A stretch of 30,838 nt of DNA, taken from the NCBI GenBank assembly GCA_037142615.1, contig JBAXAI010000040.1:1-30838 (forward strand). The letters run 5' to 3'. Of this stretch, positions 17,201 to 25,555 are shown piece by piece. Numbering within the stretch: the first letter of the stretch is position 1; each line of letters starts with the position of its first letter. The position numbers and the translations under genes are program-made. A model generated the notes under the pieces. It had not been told where the DNA came from. It saw nothing but the letters and a program-made list of their open reading frames with translations, and did no database searches. Source of the stretch: Spirochaetales bacterium. Its GTDB lineage: Bacteria; Spirochaetota; Spirochaetia; JABEVK01.

Positions 17201-17651
17201 CGACCAGCCCGAGGAAATTTTTCTCGAACTGGATTATTCGGGCTTCATCCCTGATACTTACATACAGGACGCCACCGACAAGATGGACGTGTACAAGAAG
17301 ATCGCCTCGGTGGTGGGCGAAGACGATCTGGAGCGGGTGTTCACTGAGATCCACGACCGTTTTGGGCCCTTGCCCGACGAGGTGCAGAGCCTGCTGTCGA
17401 TCGCCGAGGTGCAGATCATCTGCCGCAAACTGCGCATCATCAGCCTGCGCGAGCGCGGGGGAATCTGCACGGTGGAGTTTGGCAAGATGATGGATTTTCC
17501 CTTCGAAAAGGCCATGCGCCTGTTGAAGGAGTCCGGCGGCAAGGTGCGCAGCAACCCCGCCAAACCCAATCAGCTGGTGCTCGAAACCAGCAAGGTCGGG
17601 CTGGCAGAAAAGTCGGCCTTCTTGAGGGAGCGCCTGTCGCGTCTTTTGTAG
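14241..17651 (+). CDS. mfd: Transcription-repair coupling factor
   Basis: GEFALRGEVLD, CarD-like VVHLNYGIG, CGDVGYGKTEV, VVDEEQRFG, MSATPIPRT, QLRGRVGR, DLEVRGAGNLLG, TRCF C-terminus. Confidence 0.98.
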   Translation: MITLLVNAITKALKKDLVFQALLDDFQKNRLPLRIEGSQGFFQALTVQALVQASAGPVFVVAPSDNEANALIADLDSLGVDAELFPWWGTLLYQGISAQASIFGHRSRVLSRLVQGKAQVVVLSLRSLLFPVPPSAVFAKNLTTWQVGNTINVAKTAELLVKLGYSRVPRVSVPGEFALRGEVLDLYLQGDDDAVRVVFDFDKIEDIKRFNPLTQSSTSVLKELTVYPAREMVWTDDLRATLEANVLARDLGDGALNHLDELATTGDFRGVELFYPLAFDQLTGLWDYAGLGGKAPGLFLFLDWDHQEQLDSAIRKERKQLFEESRKLELALPPPEAVFFQLPALKVLEKRSVQFQTLKHDTDTPVTLHKLECDPGRSFFGNVPFFKEEVETLLANQYQVFVFAESQSQAQRISFLLGDLAVTVVPHSISAGFALPRHKLIVIGENEIFGRRKRAPASLKKTNSQAIDSFVDLSPNDFVVHLNYGIGQFQGIERIRAGGNERDYIKIAYGGEETIFLPIEQVNLIQRYIGSEGREPRLDILGGKTWEKKKANAKKSVEELADRLILLYAKRQNAQGYQFPKDNDWQMSFEAAFPYQDTVDQAQASVEIKADMESPRPMDRLLCGDVGYGKTEVSMRAAFKAVIGGKQVAFLAPTTILAEQHFENFTERFKRFPVRIGMMSRFVPKAEQKKNLEKLAKGELDILIGTHRLLQKDVLYKNLGLLVVDEEQRFGVKDKERLKELKASIDCLAMSATPIPRTLHMSLLKIRDMSVLRTAPVNRQPIETFIQELKDETVVRAIRRETQRGGQVFFLHNRVETLEMTQTYLQGLLPELMIRTAHGQMHPLDLEEVMHDFVHGNFQVLVSTTIIENGIDIPNVNTIIIDQADMYGISQLYQLRGRVGRSGKEAYAYLLYPEGRALTELAMKRLQVISDFTELGAGFKIAMKDLEVRGAGNLLGAEQSGDILSVGFEMYLKLLDEAVAEKMGETRDQPEEIFLELDYSGFIPDTYIQDATDKMDVYKKIASVVGEDDLERVFTEIHDRFGPLPDEVQSLLSIAEVQIICRKLRIISLRERGGICTVEFGKMMDFPFEKAMRLLKESGGKVRSNPAKPNQLVLETSKVGLAEKSAFLRERLSRLL

Positions 17652-17675
17652 GTGTTGAGTCCAAAGGGAGGACCG

Positions 17676-19931
17676 ATGAGATCGCCCGGACCGGATTTCG
17701 CTTCCCTCCTTGAACAGTCTTCGGGACTCCAAGACTTCCTGCGTCGGGCCGTGGACCACCTGGGAGATCTGTTTGCCGTGCAGGCTTGCAGCATTTTCCT
17801 GTACGACGCCGCCAACCAGAGGCTGACCCTGCGCGCCAGCTCTGGCCTGAATCCCGAGGCCGTCGGCGTGCTCAGCTTGGGCATCGACGAGGGTTTGGTC
17901 GGGTACGCTTTGCGCGAGCAGGTTCCCGTTCTCGAGGTGAACCCGCAGTCCAACCCCCAGTTCAAGCCGTTCGCCGAAGTGCAGGAAGACCAGTACCACT
18001 CGTTCTTGGCGGTGCCCATTCTCAAGGGAACCACGCCCGTCGGTGTTGTTACGTTGCACGACCGGGCTACTGCGGCCTTCGGTGAGCGGCAGGTGCGCGA
18101 GTTGCGCGAAATGACCTCGGCACTGGCGGCCAGCCTCGAGAATGTTCAGATGCTGTTCGACCTCAAAGCCGGTGCCGACGAACCGGACCTTCCGTCCCTA
18201 CCGAAAGTCAAACCCGAGGTGATCCGTGGCCGAGGCGCCAGTGAAGGCATCGCCATCGGCTCGGCCGTCCTGTTGGGCACGACCGGCATCAATCTTTACC
18301 TGGAACTGACGCCCGGCGAGACCTACCATTCCAATCTCCAGAGTTTCCAGACGGCCTTGTCGCGCTCGATCGGTCAGTTGGAAGAGCTGCAGATCGAAAC
18401 CGAGCGCAAGCTCACCGACGTCGCCAGCCTGATTTTCAGCACCCACATCCTGATGCTCAAGGACTCCAGCTTCTCGGGCAGCATGGAAGAGGAAATCGTG
18501 CTGCGCCGGTTGCCCGCCGCCGAGGCTGTGGTCAAAGTGGTCAACCAGTACGTTGATATTTTCCGCAAGAGCCCTTCGACCTTGCTCAAGGAAAAAATCC
18601 AGGACGTGAAAGACCTGGGCCACCGCCTGTTGCGCAACCTCAACCAAGGGGAGCTGCCCGATGGCGACTACTACGGCCAAATCGTTGTCGCGCAAGAACT
18701 TCTTCCCAGCGAGTTGATCAAGATCGCCGCCCAACACGCCGAGGGAATGCTCCTGTTTGGCGGCGGAGCCTCGGCGCATGTGTCTATCCTTGCCAGGAGT
18801 CTGGGCATTCCGGTCATTTTTACCGACGACAAGTCCTTGTTCCTCATCACCGAAGGCGACCAACTTGTGCTCGACGGAATCATCGGAAACGTGTACCTCA
18901 ACCCCAAGCCCGAGGCCATGGACCAGTTTCGGCAGGTCAAGGCCGCGTACGCCGAAGCCCAACTGCACGCCTCGCTGGTGCACGAGGGAACCCACACCCG
19001 CGACGGGATCAAGGTGAAACTTCTTGCCAACGTCAATCTCTTGTCGGACCTCGCCATCGCCAAGCGCCTCAAGGCCGAGGGCGTCGGTCTCTACCGCAGC
19101 GAGTTTCCTTTCATTATCCGCAACGATTTTCCCACCGAGGAAGAGCAATACAAGGTCTACCGCACCATCATCACCGAAATGGCCGGGCAAGAAGTGGTGC
19201 TGCGAACCCTCGACATCGGCGGCGACAAAGTTCTGAGCTATATGCCGCAAAGTTCAGAATCCAATCCCTTCCTGGGTCTGCGGGCGATCCGGTTCAGCCT
19301 CAAGAACATCGCGGTGTTCCATGAACAGTTGCGCGCCATGTTGCGGGCCGGCGAGGCCCACGAACTTCGCATCATGTTTCCGCTGATCTCGTCGCTCGAC
19401 GACTTCCTTGAAGCCCGTGAGCACGTGTTTGCCTGCATCGCTCAACTGCGTACGGCGGGTCAGCCGCACAACCCCAAGCCCCTGATCGGCGCGATGATCG
19501 AGCTGCCCTCGGCGTGCGAAGTCGCCAACGAATTGGCTCTTGAGGCCGACTTTCTGTGCGTGGGCACCAACGATCTGGTGCAGTACATCCTCGGGGTCGA
19601 CCGCACCAACGAAGAGGTGTCGAACCTGTATACGGCCTACCATCCGGCGGTGTATCGCACCCTGCAGCGCGTGGTGCGCGCGGCCGTCAACCACAACACC
19701 TCGATCTCCATCTGCGGTGAAATTGCCGCCGACCCTTACATGATTCCGTTCCTGCTGGGGTCGGGAATCCGCAAGCTGAGTGTGAACCCCAAACTCCTGC
19801 CGGGCGTGCAGAAGCTCATTGAGGGCCTGTCGCTCCGGGAGTGCCAGGTCGGGGCCGAAAAGCTGGTTCACATGGGGTCGATCAAAGACATCCATCACTA
19901 TTTGGGCATCCCCAGCGCTGAAAAGCCCTGA
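17676..19931 (+). CDS. ptsP: GAF-domain phosphoenolpyruvate-protein phosphotransferase (EI-Ntr-like)
   Basis: SD GGGAGGA; N-terminal GAF; phospho-His motif SAHVSILARSLGIP; GVGLYRSEF, RTLDIGGDK, NPFLGLRAIR, GTNDL, ICGE. Confidence 0.93.
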   Translation: MRSPGPDFASLLEQSSGLQDFLRRAVDHLGDLFAVQACSIFLYDAANQRLTLRASSGLNPEAVGVLSLGIDEGLVGYALREQVPVLEVNPQSNPQFKPFAEVQEDQYHSFLAVPILKGTTPVGVVTLHDRATAAFGERQVRELREMTSALAASLENVQMLFDLKAGADEPDLPSLPKVKPEVIRGRGASEGIAIGSAVLLGTTGINLYLELTPGETYHSNLQSFQTALSRSIGQLEELQIETERKLTDVASLIFSTHILMLKDSSFSGSMEEEIVLRRLPAAEAVVKVVNQYVDIFRKSPSTLLKEKIQDVKDLGHRLLRNLNQGELPDGDYYGQIVVAQELLPSELIKIAAQHAEGMLLFGGGASAHVSILARSLGIPVIFTDDKSLFLITEGDQLVLDGIIGNVYLNPKPEAMDQFRQVKAAYAEAQLHASLVHEGTHTRDGIKVKLLANVNLLSDLAIAKRLKAEGVGLYRSEFPFIIRNDFPTEEEQYKVYRTIITEMAGQEVVLRTLDIGGDKVLSYMPQSSESNPFLGLRAIRFSLKNIAVFHEQLRAMLRAGEAHELRIMFPLISSLDDFLEAREHVFACIAQLRTAGQPHNPKPLIGAMIELPSACEVANELALEADFLCVGTNDLVQYILGVDRTNEEVSNLYTAYHPAVYRTLQRVVRAAVNHNTSISICGEIAADPYMIPFLLGSGIRKLSVNPKLLPGVQKLIEGLSLRECQVGAEKLVHMGSIKDIHHYLGIPSAEKP

Positions 19932-19947
19932 AAGCCGAACAGCTTTC

Positions 19948-19976
19948 TTGCGAAAACCGCCCCTTTTCTGTAAGCT
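19948..19976 (+). promoter_or_regulatory. Candidate leaderless promoter of trmB-citrate synthase
   Basis: TTGCGA, 17 nt, TAAGCT, 7 nt, ATG 19984; no SD. Confidence 0.55.
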
Positions 19977-19983
19977 CCTGTCC

Positions 19984-20676
19984 ATGAATACGCCCGAAGC
20001 CGTCCGACCTCCACTGTTCCACCGCTCGGTGCGCAGTTTTGTCATCCGAGCGGCGAGGCTGACGCCCGGGCAAAAACGAGCCCTCGACGAGCTCTATCCC
20101 GTGTTCGGGGTGCCTTTTCCGCCGGCCCCCGATTTTGCCGCTCTGTTCCCTGGCCTGTCGCGCTTTGTCATCGAAATCGGCTTCGGCAACGGGGCCGCCA
20201 CCCTCGAAATCGCGGCCGCAGACCCTGCCACGGGGTTTTTGGGCATCGAGGTTCACCCTCCGGGGGTCGGTCACCTGCTGATGAAACTGGCCGAACGCGG
20301 TCTGACCAATCTGAAAGTGCTCCAGTACGATGCGATCGATGTGTTGGAGGCGCTTCCCCCCGACTCGATCGATGCCTTCCACGTGTTCTTTCCCGATCCG
20401 TGGCCCAAGAAGAAACATCACAAGCGGCGACTGCTTCAAACACCGGTATTGATGGAAATTGCCCGCGCGCTCAAGCCCGGAGGGGTGTTCTACCTCGCCA
20501 CCGATTGGGACGAATACGCCAGCGAGGTTCTGGCTGCGCTGGGTGCCCTGCCTGCCTACGAGGCTGCGCCCGGGGTCGCTGTGGCGCACCGGCCCACCAC
20601 CCGTTTCGAAGCCCGCGGCCTCGCCGAGTCCCGCCCCATCCGTGAACTTGTCTACCGCAAAAGGAGTACCCCGTGA
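19984..20676 (+). CDS. trmB: tRNA (guanine-N7)-methyltransferase
   Basis: RSFVIRAARLT, IEIGFGNG, GIEVH, FFPDPWPKKKHHKRRL, ATDW, TRFE. Confidence 0.96.
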   Translation: MNTPEAVRPPLFHRSVRSFVIRAARLTPGQKRALDELYPVFGVPFPPAPDFAALFPGLSRFVIEIGFGNGAATLEIAAADPATGFLGIEVHPPGVGHLLMKLAERGLTNLKVLQYDAIDVLEALPPDSIDAFHVFFPDPWPKKKHHKRRLLQTPVLMEIARALKPGGVFYLATDWDEYASEVLAALGALPAYEAAPGVAVAHRPTTRFEARGLAESRPIRELVYRKRSTP

Positions 20677-22046
20677 GCCGACTCAAGAGCGCCCAACAGC
20701 TGGAAACCGAGTTTCTCGAACGCTACGGCGCCGTTGCTGAGCGCAATAACTTCTTCGATCCCTCCTTTTTCGAGAAGTTCAACGTCAAACGAGGTTTACG
20801 AAACTCCGACGGCTCAGGGGTCGTGGTTGGCCTGACGGAAATCGGCGAGGTACACGGCTACGTGATGAACGAGGGCGAGAAGCAAGACGTGTACGGACGC
20901 CTGCGTTACCGCGGCTACGACGTCAAAGACCTCGTGGCAGGCTTCCAGAAAGAAAAGCGCTTCGGCTTCGAAGAAACGGCCTTTTTGTTGCTGTTTGGCA
21001 ACCTGCCTCGCCAATCCGAACTGACCGACTTCAGCCATTTTCTGGGCTCGCTGCGTAAACTCCCCGACGGCTTCGTCGAAGATGTGATACTGCGCTTTCC
21101 CAGCCCCGACATCATGAACCAGTTGGCGCGGGCGGTGCTGTTCACCTACAGCTTTGACAGCGACCCGGAAGATTATTCGATCAAGAATATCTTGCGTCAA
21201 AGCGTCGAGCTCATCAGCCGGTTTCCGAGCTACATCGCCTACAGCTACCAGGCCAAGCGCCACTACTACGACAAAAAGAGTCTGCTGATCCACCATCCTC
21301 AGCCCGACCTGAGCACGGCCGAGAACTTTCTGTACATGGTGCGCCACGACAACCACTTCACGCCGCTCGAGGCCGAGATTCTCGACCTGGCGTTGGTTCT
21401 GCACGCCGAGCACGGCGGCGGTAACAATTCCACGTTCTCGATCCGACTCGTATCCTCTGCCGGCACAGATACTTACAGCGCCATGGGGAGCGCCATCGGC
21501 AGCCTCAAGGGCATCAAACACGGTGGGGCCAACATCCGCGTGATGAAGATGATCGACGACATCAAGGCCGGCTGCCCGCACTGGGACGACGAAAAAGCGT
21601 TGGCGGAATACCTGAAGCGGATTGTCCGCAAGGAGGTGTTCGACCAGCAGGGGCTCATTTATGGCATGGGCCATGCGGTCTACACGCTCAGCGATCCGCG
21701 CGCCGAACTGCTCAAGGACAAGGCCCGCGAACTGGCCGCCGAAAAGGGCCTGATGAAGAACTTTTCACTCTACGAAGCCATCGAACGCCTGACGCCCGAA
21801 GTGATGCTCGAAGTCAAGGGAAGCAAGAAGGCCATTTGCGCCAACGTCGACCTCTACTCGGGGTTTGTGTACGAGATGCTCAACATCCCACGCGAGCTGT
21901 TCACACCGATTTTTGCCATGGCTCGCGTGGCCGGTTGGAGCGCGCACCGCATCGAAGAAATCGTGTCGGGCGGCAAGATCATCCGGCCCGCCTACAAGAA
22001 CGTCAGCGACAAAAACGAGTACATGGACGTAGAAGCGCGAGGGTAG
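20673..22046 (+). CDS. gltA: Citrate synthase
   Basis: LRYRGY, LHAEHGGGNNSTF, KHGGAN, GMGHAVY..SDPR, NVDLYSG, KIIRP; GTGA overlap with trmB. Confidence 0.94.
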   Translation: MSRLKSAQQLETEFLERYGAVAERNNFFDPSFFEKFNVKRGLRNSDGSGVVVGLTEIGEVHGYVMNEGEKQDVYGRLRYRGYDVKDLVAGFQKEKRFGFEETAFLLLFGNLPRQSELTDFSHFLGSLRKLPDGFVEDVILRFPSPDIMNQLARAVLFTYSFDSDPEDYSIKNILRQSVELISRFPSYIAYSYQAKRHYYDKKSLLIHHPQPDLSTAENFLYMVRHDNHFTPLEAEILDLALVLHAEHGGGNNSTFSIRLVSSAGTDTYSAMGSAIGSLKGIKHGGANIRVMKMIDDIKAGCPHWDDEKALAEYLKRIVRKEVFDQQGLIYGMGHAVYTLSDPRAELLKDKARELAAEKGLMKNFSLYEAIERLTPEVMLEVKGSKKAICANVDLYSGFVYEMLNIPRELFTPIFAMARVAGWSAHRIEEIVSGGKIIRPAYKNVSDKNEYMDVEARG

Positions 22047-22052
22047 GGTGGC

Positions 22053-23603
22053 TCAGCGGGTGGCTGCTTTGTGGGCCCGCTTTTGCTCGTACATGGCCTG
22101 ATCGGCCCGGGTGAGCATTTTCTCGAGCGTGTCGTCGGGCTCTTCGCCGAACAACGCAAGGCCGGTGCTGACGTGCAATTGGTAGGGCTTGGCGACCTCG
22201 GCCGACTTGATTGCCACACTCTGCTCGAGGCGCAGCACCACGGCCTCGGCTTCTTTGCGGTCGCAGTCTCCCAACACCAAAACGATTTCGTCGCCTCCGT
22301 AGCGGAACACCATGTCTTGGGAGCTTACCGCCCCTCGGACCACCTGTGCGATGGACTGGATTAAGAAATCGCCCTCTTCGTGCCCGTAGGCGTCGTTGAC
22401 GGACTTCAGGCCATCGACATCCATGAAGCAGACGCTCAAAGACCTTTTTTCGACCCGGGTGCGCTGAACCAGGTTCGTCAGCACCTGCAGTCCCGAACGC
22501 TTGTTCAGTAGTCCAGTCATTTCATCGATGGTGGCAAAGCGCTTGAGCACCTCTTCGGCTTCTTTCATCTTGGTGATGTCGGAAAGCCCCATGAGCAGAG
22601 TGTCTTTTCCCTGATACTGAATCAGGTGCGACGACATCAGCACCACCAAGCTCACGTGGCCCGGGAGGGTCAAGACCATCTCGAGGTTGTCGGCCGTCAT
22701 CCCGGCTTTCAGTTGCTCCATCAACTCGGCCATGTTTCCTTGGCGCAACGACAGCATGCTCGATAAATCCAGCGCTGCGGCTTCGTCACCCGGCAACTGA
22801 AGGACCTCGTGGGCAAGATGATTGAGCTTCAACAGGCGAAACGTGACGCCATCCAAAAGGAACATGGCTGCAGGCGCCGTGTCGAACAGGAGCTCGAGGT
22901 TCTTGTGGCTGTTTTCGATCTCTTCCAGGGTGCTTTCGATTTGCCGTTGCGCCGGCCGGAAGATAAAAAGAGCCTCGAGGGCCAACGTCAGCCCCGTGAG
23001 GAGCATCACCAGGAGTTCCACGTACTTGATCGCGTCGACCTTGAGTTTGGATTCGGAATCGTACTGAAAGACAAGGGCGTCCATGCCTTTCAGAAACGAC
23101 TGCTCCTGCGCCTGGATGACTTGGAGCGGCCCAAGCAGAGCTTCGGAGTCGTACCCCGCCACGGCGACGACCTTCAGGGCGAGTCTTCCCGCCTGCAGCA
23201 TGGCTTGGTGCTGGCCTTCGATGCCAGCGAACATCTGCGTGATTTTGGCGCTGTTGAGGCCCGGTAGTCCCAGTTCGGCGTCACCGTGCTGCAACCCGCG
23301 GTGCGAACGCTCCCAAAGGTCGAGCGAGGTTTGGAGTTCGGCCGCATACCGTTGGCGAAGCTCGGCGTCCTGACTAGCGTGCAGACCAAACACCGCTTTG
23401 TTGATCCGCTGGCTGAGCATGCGCTGGCGGCCGGCGATGTTGACGATGCGTGAGTCGTCCTGCTGGAAAAAAATCGACAGCTGGATCATCCCCTGGCTGA
23501 AAAGCACCAATCCGCCGATGAGACTCAGGGCCAGCACATAGCGCTTGCGGAGCATCCGGCCGATCTGTCGGCTCTTGGGTTTAGGTGATTTGGCGCCTTC
23601 CAT
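22053..23603 (-). CDS. Diguanylate cyclase with a NarX/PilJ-type periplasmic four-helix sensor and a PAS-like domain
   Basis: TM1; VNIAGRQRMLSQRI (P-box-like); TM2; PAS-like region; DEMTGLLNK, DVDGLKSVNDAYGHEEGD, RYGGDEI, ADQAMY. Start is uncertain (ATG 23603). Confidence 0.88.
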   Translation of the reverse strand: MEGAKSPKPKSRQIGRMLRKRYVLALSLIGGLVLFSQGMIQLSIFFQQDDSRIVNIAGRQRMLSQRINKAVFGLHASQDAELRQRYAAELQTSLDLWERSHRGLQHGDAELGLPGLNSAKITQMFAGIEGQHQAMLQAGRLALKVVAVAGYDSEALLGPLQVIQAQEQSFLKGMDALVFQYDSESKLKVDAIKYVELLVMLLTGLTLALEALFIFRPAQRQIESTLEEIENSHKNLELLFDTAPAAMFLLDGVTFRLLKLNHLAHEVLQLPGDEAAALDLSSMLSLRQGNMAELMEQLKAGMTADNLEMVLTLPGHVSLVVLMSSHLIQYQGKDTLLMGLSDITKMKEAEEVLKRFATIDEMTGLLNKRSGLQVLTNLVQRTRVEKRSLSVCFMDVDGLKSVNDAYGHEEGDFLIQSIAQVVRGAVSSQDMVFRYGGDEIVLVLGDCDRKEAEAVVLRLEQSVAIKSAEVAKPYQLHVSTGLALFGEEPDDTLEKMLTRADQAMYEQKRAHKAATR

Positions 23604-23611
23604 TGCGATGG

Positions 23612-23640
23612 AGTCTAAGGGACGGCCTTGGGATTCACAA
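23612..23640 (-). promoter_or_regulatory. Candidate near-leaderless promoter of the diguanylate cyclase
   Basis: Minus strand TTGTGA, 17 nt, TAGACT, 8 nt, ATG 23603. Confidence 0.45.
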
Positions 23641-24160
23641 GCATTAACTGCTCCCTGGCGAGATCGAACACGTAGGTGTCGGAGCCTTCGCGGCCTTCCT
23701 TCAGCTGGGCAAGTTCGTCTACCCCAAACCAGCGGCCCTCGGTCACTTTGGTGGCTTCGAGCGCCGGATGGTCCAGGTCGCCCTCGGCCTCGATGGCGAG
23801 CACAAACTCGCGCTTGAGGACCGGAGCGCTGTCGGCCCCTGCGCTCTGCCAATCGACGACGCGCCGCAATCCCAGGACCATTTTGAGCACCCAACCGGTT
23901 TCTTCGGCCAGTTCGCGCGCTGCGGTCTGGGCCACGGTTTCGCCAGCTTCCACGTGCCCACCGACAAGGTCCCAGCAGCCGGGGAAGAGCTTGCGGGTCT
24001 GCGAGCGCCGTTGGGCGAACACCTGCTGGTCAGTTCCGCCAGACGAACCGGGTGCGCGACGCACCACCAGCAGGCCGGCGACACCCTGGCGACCTTGAGC
24101 CAGGCCCTCAGCATGAAGCCGGTCAATCTCGGTCCAGTCGAAAGGAAGCGGAGGTTTCAA
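23615..24160 (-). CDS. NUDIX hydrolase
   Basis: QRRSQTRKLFPGCWD followed by the Nudix box GGHVEAGETVAQTAARELAEETG; TTG start overlaps the TolC stop. Confidence 0.9.
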   Translation of the reverse strand: MKPPLPFDWTEIDRLHAEGLAQGRQGVAGLLVVRRAPGSSGGTDQQVFAQRRSQTRKLFPGCWDLVGGHVEAGETVAQTAARELAEETGWVLKMVLGLRRVVDWQSAGADSAPVLKREFVLAIEAEGDLDHPALEATKVTEGRWFGVDELAQLKEGREGSDTYVFDLAREQLMLVNPKAVP

Positions 24161-25548
24161 GGCGTTGCTGCAGCACCGGTCAGGCTGTCGAGGTCCTGAA
24201 GGTTCGACTCAAGCTGAAAACGCGCGGTCAGCAGCTCAAGCTCCGCCTGCAGCTGCCCGGCGGTGGCTCCGCGGGCTTCCTCGCGCGTGGCTGCTTCGTT
24301 CTCGTAAGCCGATTGGGCGCTGGAGTTCTGCTCGGTGGCAGCGGCCAGTTTGTCCCGTAGGCGTTTCACTTCGGCGTCCTGGGTTCGCACCGCCTCGAGC
24401 GCACGCCGAATCTGCAGCGCCAGCCCCTTGCGAAGTTCCACCAGTCCCGCTTCGGCCATCTGGCGCTGGGCCGTTGCCTCTTCGAGCTTGTGGAACGATG
24501 AAAACCCGTCGAACAGCTGCACTTTCATGCCCAGCGAAAACGTGAAGTTCGTGCTCCAGGAGTCGGTCCAGTTGCCGCCGACGTAGGGGATCTTCTGGCC
24601 AGTGGTATCCATTCCAAAACTGAGCGCCAGATCGGGAAGGAAAAGTTGACTCGAACGGCTAATTTGTTCGCCCAACAGGGCTTGCCGAGCCTGGAGGCCG
24701 AGCTTGGAGAGTTCCGGCGAGGTCTCGAGCGCCTGCCGCATCAGGTCGTCTTCGTTGAGTTCAGGCAAACCCCGGAAGGCCGAGACCAAATCGGTCGCTT
24801 GGGGCTTGTTGCCCGTAAAGTACTCCAGCGCTGCCAAACCCGAGTTCAGGCCCTCCTCGGCCTTCACCCGGGCACTTGCCACCTGGCTGGCCTGCGATTT
24901 GGCCTGGAGCACGTCGAGCCGGGTCATGGTGCCTTGCTCAAAGCCCGACTGGCGGTCGGCCGCAATCTGCTGCGACAAGGTCTCCATCCGCAGCAGCAGG
25001 GCCGACGATTCGCGGGCGAGAACCGAGCCGAAGTAGGCGCTGCGCACAGCCTGGGCCTGGTCGCGCTTCGTGGCACGCACGTCACTCCCGGCGATTTCGA
25101 CCGAAAGCTGCGACACTTCGATGGCCTTGAGCACTTTTCCCCAGGTGAAAAGCACCTGGTCGAGGCTTCCAGTTCCCTTGAAGTAGGTGTGCTCGGGATT
25201 CTTTACCAGCACCATGTCTTCGGCCGGGAACGACTGCGGAAACGAGCTGTTGGGCGAGGGCAAGTAGCCCAGCGAACCTTGCGTGATCGTGATGCCCTTG
25301 GGTGGGTTGGTCATGTAGGTCGACGAGCCGGTGAAAGACACCTGCGGGTACAGGCGCGCCTGCGCTTCGCCGACGGCCGCCTGGGTGCGCGTCAGGTCGA
25401 GCAGTTTGATCTTCAGCTGGCCGGAGTTGGCGAGCGTGGACGAGACCGCTTGATCGACGGTGAGAGGCTCGGCGGGCAACCCTATCGGCAAAAGCCAGGC
25501 GAGGAAAAGCAATATTGAGGCGGCGCGGAGCCGCAAAAGGGTTCGCAT
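24157..25548 (-). CDS. tolC: TolC family outer-membrane efflux protein
   Basis: Signal peptide from ATG 25548; LTVDQAV, LYPQVSF, VRSAYF, RLDVLQA, FLPDLAL, VQLFDG: two OEP repeats. Confidence 0.9.
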   Translation of the reverse strand: MRTLLRLRAASILLFLAWLLPIGLPAEPLTVDQAVSSTLANSGQLKIKLLDLTRTQAAVGEAQARLYPQVSFTGSSTYMTNPPKGITITQGSLGYLPSPNSSFPQSFPAEDMVLVKNPEHTYFKGTGSLDQVLFTWGKVLKAIEVSQLSVEIAGSDVRATKRDQAQAVRSAYFGSVLARESSALLLRMETLSQQIAADRQSGFEQGTMTRLDVLQAKSQASQVASARVKAEEGLNSGLAALEYFTGNKPQATDLVSAFRGLPELNEDDLMRQALETSPELSKLGLQARQALLGEQISRSSQLFLPDLALSFGMDTTGQKIPYVGGNWTDSWSTNFTFSLGMKVQLFDGFSSFHKLEEATAQRQMAEAGLVELRKGLALQIRRALEAVRTQDAEVKRLRDKLAAATEQNSSAQSAYENEAATREEARGATAGQLQAELELLTARFQLESNLQDLDSLTGAAATP

Positions 25549-25555
25549 GGTGGGC

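Noticed and set aside
14250-18059. 1269-aa antisense ORF, likewise 10576-12612, 6900-7961 and 18198-19250
   Set aside because: Shadow frames of high-GC genes with strong codon bias; no motifs; fully opposite well-supported genes.
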